Positions 36,226 to 48,192 of a stretch of 64,000 bases of DNA are shown here, piece by piece. Numbering within the stretch: position 1 is the stretch's first letter; every line of letters starts with the position of its first letter. The translations under genes and the position numbers were made by a program. This stretch comes from Eukaryota sp. GEM-RC1. Taxonomy: Eukaryota. The DNA lies in NCBI GenBank assembly GCA_040285855.1, contig JAUFOQ010000018.1, positions 372,001 through 436,000 of the forward strand, written 5' to 3'. The notes under the pieces were generated by a model. That model was not told the DNA's origin, did not search any database, and saw nothing but the letters and a program-made list of their open reading frames with translations.

Positions 36226-36723
36226 ATAAATTGGTTAAAAAGTTTGGAAACACGTGTTCTTTAAAGGAATAGATTGGAGTTTGGCAAAGACATGTGTAAA
36301 ACAATATCATAATGTTTGTTACCATGTCGTCATCATAACGTCATGCCCAAGTTTGATTGTATCAGATCAAAATGTCAAAGTGATGTTTTTGAATGGTTCT
36401 ATTTCAGAGTAAGCGATCCAATCATGTGTATGCATTGGACAAATTCAGTGAATGAATATTCTCATTATTACTAGTATATATTTTAAATTTGTTACTGTTG
36501 TCTGATTGAACTTTATTTGCAGCAACTAAATCAAACGTGGTCTACTACAAAATAACCTAACAGTGATCACGTGATCGGGTTTTCAGAGTATCTAGCAGTC
36601 AAATGAAGAAATTCAATGTCGACAAAGTACAAACAACTTTGTTGTTTTTATTGATGATCATTCAACACTAAATATTTATCATAAACTTAGTTAAGCCAAT
36701 ACAGAGAATTAGGATTTTATTAT

Positions 36724-36804
36724 TAGTGTTACGAGAAACGTTTCCACGTTTCAGCAAAGATTGTTTCCAGTTTACGTAAAATTAGTACGTTTCTCGTAAC
36801 ACTA
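36724..36804. mobile_element. 81-bp hAT-type MITE
   Basis: Perfect 18-bp TIR TAGTGTTACGAGAAACGT; 8-bp TSD TTTATTAT (36716-36723, 36805-36812). Confidence 0.88.
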
Positions 36805-37046
36805 TTTATTATAGCTCTCGAGTTCAAATAACCGAAACGTCACAAAAAAATCAATCAACTCGATTGTACAAAGTACACGTATCAAAATCAATCCACAGAG
36901 TCAACTGAATTAGAATTAATTAATTTAATTAATCAATTGGGAGTGATGATTCTAGAACCATTAAGAAATTTAAAAAATTCCAATATTCCACAACTGATCC
37001 AGACAAACTTTCCTTCAAAGACCAATCAAATATGATTGACAATTGA

Positions 37047-38948
37047 CTACAACAAAGCAGCTAACTCGGGGTCGAACATTTGAACACGTTCCCCTAAAGA
37101 AGGAATCTTTTTGTTCTCTGCATCTACACCCATTCTCATAGCCATGGGCAAACTCTTTGGTGGAGGTCTCGAAACAACAGAAGCAGCAGACATATCAGAA
37201 ACTCCCCATTGAAGGTCAACTAATGAGTGAACATCTTCTCTATTATGAGGAACATTCCACAATTCATAACAACTCTCAGCGATAGTTTCATGTTCTTTAG
37301 GTGGATCAACTTTGTGAACCAACCGAGAGTAAACGTCATTCAATGATGCGATTTGATTGACCACGTGTTCCGTTGCTGTATCACTGATATACTTCATAAA
37401 CTCGTCCTCACACTTATGAGGATCCAACAAAGACCTAAGATCAGGACCTCCATGAGTCACGCGATCTTGATTCTGTCTCTTTCTTTCGTAATCATGGTTT
37501 TTCAAAGCATTCAATGCCTCTTCCAGCCAAGAAACGATCTGAATTCGAGGTTCTTCACTTAACTTATGAATCTGCACGTCACTACCGCCCAACGCTAGAC
37601 CTTGGCATATGATGTATCTTTCAGAATTAGCTGGTCTGGAAGTAACTGGTTTGAAGATTGAGAACTTTCGGAAGGAAACGTAGAGGTAGTATAACAAAGA
37701 CACTGTAAACGGGGTGAAGATGTCGAAAACTTTTAAAACAAACGTTCCCCCGTTTCTTAAAATTTTAAACATTGATAATATTTGGCCCAAAACTAATCCT
37801 TTCATTAACATTTCCTGTAAGTTCCATCCATCAGAAACGTCAGAACCTCCATCCGCAACAACCACATCAACACCATTGCTTCTTTTAACAATTAAACCAG
37901 TGAAGTGATTAATATTATCAGCATTAGTGATATCTCCACTCCCACGTTCCTTAATTCGATGCAGATACTCAACCCGATCCGCCTTCATAACTTCATCCTT
38001 ACCATACAACAACTGTAAAGCACGTGTTTCTGCTCTAGTCCTGGCAATCACGTTAAAGTCCTTGATTCTCCATTGATCTCTATCATGTTTGAGTGAGAAG
38101 CCATATCCTCTAGCCCTCCCACCACACTTCCATAGGATATACTCACTGAAACCACCAGGAGCAGCACACAGATCAGCAAAGAAGAGGTATCTACGGTCTG
38201 CCGGATGCCCTCGTAAGTATGGGCGTAGAATAGAGTAGGCAAAGTCCATATTAGCCATTTTAACAGCTGCTCTGTTAATAAAACATGCTCGTCCTATCTT
38301 CTCATAAGGATTCATCTCATTCCTAGCTAATCTGTAGGCAGCAGGATTACGTTCGTAGAGAGTATCAAACTTGGACTTAGTATCAGCTAGTTTCCTGATA
38401 AGTTGAGGTTTAACAAGAGGTTCTAAGTGAAAGAACTGCCAAGAAGTTTCATAGTCTTCCAACCAACCTCCAATGTAAACGTGATGGATTCTGCGGAGAT
38501 ATCCAAGTAAGTCTCGTAGGTCAATATTAGCAGAACGAGTGAGGATATCACGTTTTTCAATGATTTGAAACGACGTTAGGGAGTAATTAGGTTTGTCCTC
38601 TTCTGCCAGGGCCTCGGGCTTATCTTCTTCAAAGCCAAGACCCATGCGTACATTGGTTGGCTCCTGGTAGGAGTGAAGGGGGAAGGGTTGAGATATAGGA
38701 GCAGCAGGAGCAGTAGAATCTTTTGTTCCAGCTAACCCTGCCTTATCAAAAAGTTTGCTCATTTTAGAAGATATACCATAAGAAGAAGATGATTTAAGTT
38801 GTTGTCCATGTTGTTTAGCCTCGTCAGTTTGTCTTTGAAGATGAATAGTGGAAGCAGACGATAGTTCATCAGATGTTGCAATACGGACAGAGACTGTACG
38901 TTTTCTGTTATTCCGGCGAACGCCAAGAGAATTCATGAGGGAAGCCAT
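37047..38948 (-). CDS. CMTR1: Cap-specific mRNA (nucleoside-2'-O)-methyltransferase 1
   Basis: Motifs FINRAAVKMAN, FADLCAAPGGFSEY, VVADGG, KVFD and KPVTSRPANSERY (K-D-K-E tetrad); degenerate G-patch-like GLGF near the N-terminus. Confidence 0.93.
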   Translation of the reverse strand: MASLMNSLGVRRNNRKRTVSVRIATSDELSSASTIHLQRQTDEAKQHGQQLKSSSSYGISSKMSKLFDKAGLAGTKDSTAPAAPISQPFPLHSYQEPTNVRMGLGFEEDKPEALAEEDKPNYSLTSFQIIEKRDILTRSANIDLRDLLGYLRRIHHVYIGGWLEDYETSWQFFHLEPLVKPQLIRKLADTKSKFDTLYERNPAAYRLARNEMNPYEKIGRACFINRAAVKMANMDFAYSILRPYLRGHPADRRYLFFADLCAAPGGFSEYILWKCGGRARGYGFSLKHDRDQWRIKDFNVIARTRAETRALQLLYGKDEVMKADRVEYLHRIKERGSGDITNADNINHFTGLIVKRSNGVDVVVADGGSDVSDGWNLQEMLMKGLVLGQILSMFKILRNGGTFVLKVFDIFTPFTVSLLYYLYVSFRKFSIFKPVTSRPANSERYIICQGLALGGSDVQIHKLSEEPRIQIVSWLEEALNALKNHDYERKRQNQDRVTHGGPDLRSLLDPHKCEDEFMKYISDTATEHVVNQIASLNDVYSRLVHKVDPPKEHETIAESCYELWNVPHNREDVHSLVDLQWGVSDMSAASVVSRPPPKSLPMAMRMGVDAENKKIPSLGERVQMFDPELAALL

Positions 38949-39004
38949 TTTGATGTTAGTGGTAAGGTACTGAACTTCTTTCTACTCAACCCACTACTTT
39001 CACC

Positions 39005-39477
39005 ATGCATCCCGTTACTGTTCTTGATGTAAAACTTCTCAACAATCCTGCTAAGTTCCTGGATCCATATACTTTTGAAATTGTTTTTGAAGCCGATCAA
39101 AATCTCACCTCTGAAGACAGTATGAAAAACTAGCGTTCATTTCAGTGCTGGAGTTCAAGTTTATATACGTTGGTTCGGCCAAGTCAACAGAACATGACCA
39201 AGAACTCGAAGTTATCGAAATTTCTCCGATACCAGCAGGTGTAAACAGATTTTCTGTAGAAACCGATGCACCTGATGGATCGCAGATTCCTCTTGATGAT
39301 TTATTAGGTAATACTGTTATTCTGGTTATGTGTTACCTCAACAAGCAGGAAATAACACGTGTTGGATTCTTTGTCAATGTTCACTATGAAGATCCAGATA
39401 TGGAACTTGACGAGCCTGATTTCTCTCTGCTTTTACGTAATGTAAATACATCTGAACCTCGTATAACTGTTCAGTAG
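39005..39477 (+). CDS. ASF1: Histone chaperone ASF1
   Basis: Motifs NNPAKFLDPYTFEIVFE, LEFKFIYVGSA..EHDQEL, QEITRVGFFV and PRIT; one 26-nt intron; no acidic tail. Confidence 0.95.
39120..39145 (+). other. 26-nt spliceosomal intron
   Basis: GTATGAAAAACTAGCGTTCATTTCAG; removal puts ATG 39005 in frame with the LEFKFIYVGSA exon. Confidence 0.9.
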
Positions 39478-39644
39478 ATACAACTAATTCAAAAATACTT
39501 TTCGCCGTTTGAATTTTAGATGTCGGTTTTTAAATTAATTTCACAAATTTTTGAAACTATTGAATCAGAATAAAACAATGTTTAATTTTTCAACTGCGAC
39601 ATGGGTTTCAGTACTTTTCTTTGTATTATATAGATACACAGTGG

Positions 39645-40025
39645 TGAGTTTATTTGCAACAATAAATTATTACATACTAATTCAGAAAATGAAAGAAGCT
39701 AAATTCTCCACATCAACACGAGAATTGTCCCTATACAACTTCGAACAAACGGAACATAAATACTTGGGAATGCTTCCATAAAGAGCGAACATAATTCGAT
39801 TAATCCATACAGCGCTATTAAACACCTTGCCATTAGAACATCATAAAAGACCAAAATCACTGAAAAACTTTAAACCGGCTGGACCAATATTACCAAAAAT
39901 TGAAATTGCAAATGGAACAATTGAAAACTTAGAATATATATTTTCATTAAGCTTCTGCAAAGCATCAGCATAATTTGAACACTTTCGCTGTTCAGCCTTT
40001 TCCAGATGACCATTTGAATCAATAT
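39645..40025 (-). mobile_element. CRE-type non-LTR 3' fragment
   Basis: Translates AEQRK..Y...L....YSKFSIVPFAISIFG.IGP, like the C-termini of the other copies. Confidence 0.75.
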
Positions 40026-40774
40026 GAATCAATATGGAGTCTTGAAATTATTTTTGTCCCACTACTAGTAGCATATTGAAATATTTATTTCTCATCATGA
40101 CTGATTGAAATATTTATTGTTCGTCATAACATTTATTGCAATATTTTTCTTGTTTCTACCAAATTGAAAAAAGTGCGAACCATGTTCTCTACATTTACAG
40201 AAGGTACATTTCTTGTATTTCGTGCTGGTTCTTACAGTCACTGAAGGTTTTTGGTTCTTCCCTTTGTTTATAGTGTCGTGACCCGTAGAATTTCTGAACT
40301 TTCGTTCTGTGCTGAACACTTTTCTGCTCCTTTTCGAATGACTTTGAAACCAAAGGACGTGTCATTGTTCAACTTCAAACCCTTGAATTATTTCCAGCTG
40401 GCAAGATTGCATGGCAATGTAAACAATGCAGTGCCAACCCTTTCATTCTGTTCGTGAAGCATTCCGGCTAACGTCCGTCCCCACAGTCTTTGTTGTTAAT
40501 GTGGTGTGAATCCATAAAATATATACTATGATAAGTACAAAAGTATAGGTAACGTCTTTAGTCATTGAACTCAAAGAAGAGTTGTGTCACAGAAATGTTT
40601 ATAAATATTGCAATAACTGCAATATTTATTTAATAGTCAACTGTATTGCAATCTTTATTGATTGAACTGAATCTATTGAAATATTTATTGTTGGCCATGA
40701 AATTTTTTTTAAATATTTTTTCCAACCCCCGGGTAGGGGTTTTGGTACTTTTCTTTGTTGTATATTTACTCTCA

Positions 40775-40911
40775 AGTAGAAGAAACTCATATTCCAAATT
40801 TGTGTTTCAACCTTTTGCTGTTTATCTTTTTGGATCTATTAGTCCTGCTTTTGATCAATTTTTCAAGGATTTCGAAGAATTGTGTAAAGAAAAGAAGCGT
40901 AAGTTTAGAAT
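40775..40911 (+). mobile_element. CRE-type fragment interrupted by the LTR element (continues 47176-47390)
   Basis: AAGTTTAGAAT|GGCTGAATGG is contiguous in the copies at ~10171 and ~60950 but is split here. Confidence 0.85.
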
Positions 40912-43900
40912 TGTTAGTGTCATGACTCATCAGGACCTATGATTTATAAAATTCACTTAATCTCTCTTACATGGTACCTAAGACCAACAATAATTATTGT
41001 GGCCTCTGCAAAGAGTTACAATGTGTATGTACTCCGGAGAACTTCACTCCTGGAAACAAAACTAACCCAAACCTAGTTCCGACCTAGGTGATAACCCACA
41101 ATCCAGGTCCGACCTGGACTCTAAACAAAACCCTAGTTCCGTCCTAGGTGAAGATTCCAGTTCCGTTCTGGCTTCTTCCAAGTCTTCCACCGTGAAAGAA
41201 CTTGGTCCAGATGGACTCCCCTGGGACGACACTGTTGACTATGACATTGTTTCGGATGAAGAACCTTCTTCTAATGGAACTTCGAATGAGAAACCATTCT
41301 CTATCGAAAACCCAAATGAGGATCCATCCCCCAATATAACTATAAACGAGGAACCATCCTCCAATGTTAATGAAAACGAGGAACCATCCTCCAACAGAAC
41401 ACCCGCTTCTGAGTCAAATCCACCTGTTGGATGGACTTATCGACCTTCGGTAACTTATCCCAATAGTACTACACCTCCTATTAGGACACCGGAACCCTTT
41501 ATTCCGAAATTACCCCCTACACCATTAGGTTTCGTGATGCCGTCTAAAGATCCACGAGCACCTCCACCTTTACACGCTAAGAGTCCCTGGAGAGAGCCGA
41601 TGTGAAGATGTTTGGTTCTATTGATAAAGATCAATGGAGTCACTTTCAAAGACAATCAGTAAACAATGCTGAGTCATACGGTTTTGTAGAGACAGACCAG
41701 TATCTACTTAAACCAGCCAGAACACTAAAAAGGTATTGGCAACACAAAGCTAACGGATATATCCCCCTCGACCCTGAGGTTTCGAACATCCATGACAGTA
41801 ACGACAGACTGATGGGCTTTATAATGGATAAAACCCGTCCAAACTCCCCTTGTTACTGTGGAACAAGCTTACAACCTCCTACGGAACCCGCTTCCTAAAG
41901 ATCAAGTAGAGGCGATCGAAAAGCAAGTAGACAACCTCGAAAGATACGCCACTGTGAACAGCTTCTTCCACAGAAAACCCACGGTAAATACCAACCCCGC
42001 GGATACCGTTCCTCCCTTGGTAGCCAACACTCCTTATGTGCCCGGCGGATTTGTTTTTGCAAGAAAGCCCCACGCACCGATCACCCCACATCCCAACGAA
42101 CTTCCACATGACCACATGCTGGAAGAGGATCACACTGCTACTAGAATTGGAGCTCTATCAGTCTCACCTGAACCGGTTACTCCAACTCAATCCAGGTCCA
42201 ACAGTCCCAACACTGACGTAATCACACCGTACTCAGTACTGAAATTCGCTGAACGGTTACCAACTGACTCCTCCAGTGACCTGAACAAGTTGATGAAACC
42301 GACATCACTTCACATTCTGGATGACGTGGATGTAATGCTTAATTGGATTGCTGATTACATGAACTTCTGTACCGCCCAGAAGGACTATACACTACCAGCA
42401 TCCACACCACTCGGAGATCCCAAATACTTCTTCGACATTGGAAGGATTGCTGCCAAAGAAGCCGACACCCGCTGGGTCTCTCGACTTGTTGCTTACCCGG
42501 TTCAACAACAGATGAACTATCTAGGTACAGCAACGACTTCCAGTGATGAACTCTTCCGACAGATCATCTTAAGAACCCAGTTTAAAGACATCTTGACCGC
42601 GAGAAACAAACTAAACGAAGTTCAGATGAACTGGTCGATCCAAGATTATGACCAAAGATGGCTCGACTTCATCAAACGATTTGATAAAGTGCTTAACCGA
42701 AGTACACTGATTAAATCCCCCTCGGAACCTTCCTACACGATGCTGGACGAAAGAACCATCAGCAAGGCTCTTTTGACTAACATCGGTCTCACCTCCCTCT
42801 ACCTAGAATTCTGGCCCAAATGGAAAGACTCCAAGGATTTACACTCCTTCTTTTCAATAATCCTCGAACACTATTACCAATGGTGCAAAAATGGACAAAC
42901 GGTCCCACCCATGTTCAACTTGAACAAAAGAATGTGGAAATTCTCATGCACAGAGACAAGGATTCCTGGACCGACATCCCAAAAGCAATCCAACGCCCAG
43001 CATCCAAAATTTTCGCCCCAGGAAATTTGAAGTCTAAATCATCTTCAAAGAACCCTCACAATGCAGCCCCTCCTTTCAAAAAGAAGCATCGCTCAAACTC
43101 ATCTGATAGACCTCCTAAAGATGATACTGCTGTAGCTTCTGCGACTCCCCGGATCACAAGATAAACCTTTGTAATCATCCTGACTGTCGTAGTAGCGAGC
43201 TCCCCACAAATCAACGTCTTCCACGATCTGAGGCAAAGAAACCTCCCACTCGTAGTCATAGTTCGCGTAAACATAATAAACATAGTAAGTACTTCGTTCA
43301 ATCGATAAATACCATTCACAATGATAACACATCATCGTCGGATTCACATAATCCATACATAAACCCACTCCACAACATCAGTAATTACTAATTCGAGTGG
43401 TACGAACTCACTAAGCCTGAATTCAATATTCAGCATAATCGATCACCAGGGTCCACCACCACCATTCCTCAGCTGCAGTCTGACCATCAATGGTGTTTCG
43501 ATTCAGGGCCTATGGGACAGTGGAGCATCAATGTCCGTAATCACACAAGACCTGGTCGATAGATGTTCAATGAAGTTCACTAACAAGAACGTCCCATTCA
43601 CATCTGCAAACAACGTCAGATCTCACTCACTGGGTAGCGCCCAAGGGATCTTGACCTTCAAGTTCTGTAAGGTGACACACCTAATATCTGTGACGAAGAC
43701 TTTACCTATCATCCCCGGATCCAACAAATGTTTGTTAGGTATTGATCTCATGAAGCAGTAAGGTTTACTGACTGAAGAGGAACTAATCATCCCGGTTCAA
43801 CAGACTATGCTCATAGCAACGACGAGTCAGAGTTCGACTCAAACATATCTATGCCCAATAGCCTTTCTATTATAGACAATATAGATTTCAATAAATTTGT

Positions 43901-46900
43901 TTATGATTCCGGCTGTTCAATCAAATTAGATGACGATGACAGAACCAATCGTTTACTGAACCTCCTTAGCGAGTTCTCAGCTATCTTCGATTCCGTTCCC
44001 CACAAAGATGGCATCGATTGTCCACCGATTACAATTGACTTCCACGATGAAGAGTCCACGGTGAAACGAAAACTTCGGGGGCCTAATCCAGTCAAACAAA
44101 GGATAGCTGAAGAAACTTTTCATGAACTAGTACGTTTGGGATACGCTGAGTATACTTCACCCCACGGAAAATTCAGCTCCCCGGTAGTACTTGTAGTCTA
44201 CCCCGATCATCGTAAGCCTAGACTTACTGGTGACTTCAGTGGTACTGGAGAAGTCAATGAACTTACTAATGTTGTCGAACCGAATCTACCGAGAATCGCA
44301 GACATACAAGAATTTCTGAGTGAAGCTAATTACATAGCCACTCTCGACCTGCCAAAAGCATTTTGGCAACTGAATCTGCGGATCACGAACGTGACAAGAC
44401 AACTCTAGTCATCCATGGCCTAGCCATTCGATTTAAACGAGCTTGTTTTGGCCTAAAGAACGTACCTGCAATCCTTCAAAACTTGATGATGGATATATTC
44501 GACCACGAAGGTATATTCATTTACATCGACGACATCATCATAGTCGCTAAGACTTTCGATGAATACTTATGTAGAATAAAATTCGTTCTTGAGAGAGCTC
44601 AACTTTATAGAGTCAACCTTGGCTTACACAAGTGCAAGTTCATAATAAAGAATCGTCCTATAACTATCTTAGGTTGCGAATACATCGACAACAGGCGTCG
44701 AATCGATTCAAAACGTGTAGAAGCTCTGGTAAACATACGAACACCGACCACCATCAAAGAAGTTCGAAGTTTCGTCGGTTCTATCAACTACATTAAAAGA
44801 CATTAAACTACATCAAAGATTTAATAGCAGATGCATCTGACTTACTAGCTCCCATTATAGCCCTAGTAAAGAACAAAGCACGAACAGTTCACTGGACACC
44901 TCAACTCCAATCAAATTTTGATGAGATCAAAAGAGGATAACCAATCACATACCCCTATGTCTACCAGACAAAGACAGAGGCATACTGATTAGCGTAGACG
45001 CCAGCGATATCGCCGTAGGTGGTGTCGTCTGGTTGGAATGCACTCCTCATTCACCTGAGGGAACTCCACTGAACGAACGCAAAGTAGAACCACTAGCATT
45101 CTACAGCAAACTACTCACTGACTCTCAACAGAACTGGGCCACGATCCAAAAGGAATTGTACGCCATTCTCCTGATTCTAACCGAATCCCAACTGTCGTCA
45201 TACCTTATCAGCAAGGAATTAACGATCTTCACATATCATAAGAACCTCGCTTACTTAATCTCAGCACCCGAAAAGAATAGGATGGTCAAAAGATGGATCC
45301 CTATCCTCAGCGAATACCTATTCACAACAGTCCACACCAGTGGCGAAGACAACCATTGGGCTGACATGATGTCACGCAATGTTATCAAAGACGCACCAAC
45401 TGAGTCTATAAACAACATAGTCACATATTGCCCAGAGCATTTGTTCTCTATAACCGATAGCCGATGTCCTATTGATGAGGATACGGAATATCAAACTTTA
45501 TCAACAGAGTCAATCAACATGATTGACGATGCTCTGATCAACAAATCGAAGTTATTCGACGCCTGGCTTTCGAACGTACGCTATACACAAGTAGAAACCA
45601 TCAAAAATAACGATCCATTGTTCCATCACCCGTCGACTTGGTTCAATGAAGAGTTCCAGCTACACATGAATAGCAACAACAAGATCTTGATACCAAGTGC
45701 CTTGGTGAAAACCACCTTTAACCACTTACACGGTTTTCCACATGCAGGTCATCCTAGCATTAAAGATACATTGATCGGCTAAAATTTAGTGACTACTTCT
45801 GACCCAGCATGATCAACGACATGAAAACTCACTGCAGGCAATGTCCAGCTTGTCAAAAGATAGCTCCCCTTGCCAAAACAACTATCAAATCTTCAGGTAA
45901 TTTATGGTCCGACAAACCATTTGCAAAGATGAACGTCGACACTATAGGAGCACTTCCCACTGACACATCGGGAAACATTTACTTACTAGTGTTCATAGAT
46001 TCCTTCACCAGATTCACAATCCTATGTCCACTAAAGGAACTGAATGCTCATGAGACAGCATTTTCGTTAGTGTGTAACGTTTCCGCCACCTTCGGCATTC
46101 CAGATCTCATTCATAGTGATAATGGCAAAGAATTTGCTAATCACGTTTTCAATGACGTCTGCAATCAATTTGACATCACAGCTAATAAATCTGTACCTAG
46201 TTTCTCTCCTAGCAACGGGTTAGTTGAACGTCGACACAGAGACATCCGACAAGCTTTACGAAAGATGCTCATAGACTTCAATGACTATGACAACTGGAGT
46301 AAATACATCCCACTAGTATAACTGCTGGTAGACACTACGAAGAGTAGAGTTACCGGCTTTACACCGTACGAACTGATGTTTGGTTCTAACACCAACCCTG
46401 GTAGTGATCCAAGTAAAATCATCTCGTGTCTCACTCAGAACAAGATTTCAGAAGATTCCTTTCTAGCTGATTACCAATCAAAATTAACAAGAATTTTGAA
46501 AAAACGGGAAGAAGCAGAAACCACCCAATCATCTATCAAACCTTCCATTACTACAGTTGATACACCCTCGCTATTTGCTATCGGGGACTTAGTACTACGA
46601 AGTAACAAAGCAGCCAAGAAGCTTCATGGCAAACAAGAGGGACCGTACCTCGTCATCGATATCCCTTCCAAAAGCTCACTTGAACTGCGGAACTTTGTCA
46701 CCGGACATCGCTTCTGCTCCAGCATTCATCTATGTACCAAGTACCTTTCCGACAAACGCTCCTCCGACGAGTTCCACAAAGCAGTAGCATCTTGTGACTC
46801 TGAAGAAATGGTCATCATCCAGATCCTTGATCAACGTGAATCACCTACAGGTCCCATATGTTCCGTCGTATGGTTTGACGGCGATACTACTGAGGAACCC

Positions 46901-47175
46901 CTAAGTCTGGTTAAGAACACTAAGGCTTACTCAAGTTTTATTAAACTAAATCTTCACGCCAAACTCACATCTAAACCCAAAGGTAAATCCAGAAGTACGC
47001 GTAATAGAAAGGCGATCCCTAGTAACACTCCTGATTCCGTCATTCTCACTACTCCACCTGCCATGAGGAGTAGGTCCTCGAGAAAGGAGAAGAAGTAATG
47101 TTGTCATGACTCATCAGGACCTATTTGTATAATAAATTCACTTTTATTTCTCTTACATGGTACCTAAGACCAACA
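40912..47175 (+). mobile_element. Ty3/Gypsy chromovirus-like LTR retrotransposon, degenerate
   Basis: LTRs 40912-40989 and 47099-47175 (TG..CA), 4-bp TSD GAAT, PPT 47080-47095. Domain order PR (LWDSGAS) - RT (LDLPKAFWQ, YIDD) - RH (DAS) - IN (GHPS, CPAC, SDNGKEF, NGLVER) - chromo-like (VVWFDGDTTEEP). Stops and frameshifts present. Confidence 0.95.
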
Positions 47176-47830
47176 GAATGGCTGAATGGAAAAACTATAT
47201 AGTGTTGCATTTCTATTTCTCTCGATTAATTGAGAAATTGTACCAGTTTGATGTGAAGGTTAATGTTGAAAAACGTAATCTTGTATCGGGTGGTGATGAA
47301 GTCGTTTGGATTTAATCTTAGTGGTTTTTGTTTGTTTTTACAATTTCATTGTTTCGTAGGAAGGTTACCTTATTGGCTACCGACTAAAGGTTTATAGACT
47401 GTATTTAACTTATCAATTTGGCATAACCGTTTCATTTTTTTCTTTATCTGTTACATGCTTAAGTTTTTTAAATCAATTACCACAGTGTATCCAAATACTT
47501 TATTCGGTACCCAGTTGAATACGAATTATGCTTTTTTGCTGTTTCCAATTTACGGACGTTTAGGAAAATGTACATGGAATTTTTTAAACGATTTCGGCAA
47601 AATCGTAAAAAAATAGGATGTACAAACGTTTTGATCATTTGTTATGGGTGAATCGGATCGTTTTTACTGTGTTTAAAACAATTCCCCTAATCATCTCCAA
47701 ATCTTTATTAGCAGTGAGTTCCTTTTATGAGGACAGAGCTGTTGTAAGATTTGCTAGCGACGGGTGTTGTTTTAATGATATCAAATTTTAGTTCTAGTAT
47801 TTGTGTTTATTTTAGTGTTTTTGTTCTATA
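47176..47830 (+). mobile_element. Two adjacent CRE-type 3' fragments
   Basis: 47176-47390 matches the 60720-60950 family. 47400-47830 encodes a related C-terminus and shares its tail with ~60385-60540. Confidence 0.7.
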
Positions 47831-48192
47831 AAAGATTTTGTCCAATTTTAGTTTCAAAGCTTTTATTATGATATGTATTTTTGTACACTTCATCGATATA
47901 CCTTTCTTTCCATTAAATCAACAGCCTTCACTATCAAACCTTAAAACGGCTTTGGACTCACAAATGGAACTCACAGCTACTAAAGCCTTGGAGATGATTA
48001 GTGTAGTTGTTCTAAAAGAACCAAATTCTGTAAGTTCATTTTTGTAACAATCTGGAACAGTCTATATAACTATCATTAATTGAATCACATTTGATTCAAA
48101 TGATTTGAATCACACTTCAATCATCAATCAAATTCTTCTTCTACTCCTTCTACTGTTCTAGTTCAAAATTCATTTTTTCTTCTTGTGTTATC

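Noticed and set aside
40080..40735. Complete hAT element ending at AAATATTTTTTCCAACCCCCG
   Set aside because: It resembles one TIR of the 53310 element with similar subterminal repeats, but no partner TIR or TSD was found; probably a truncated remnant.
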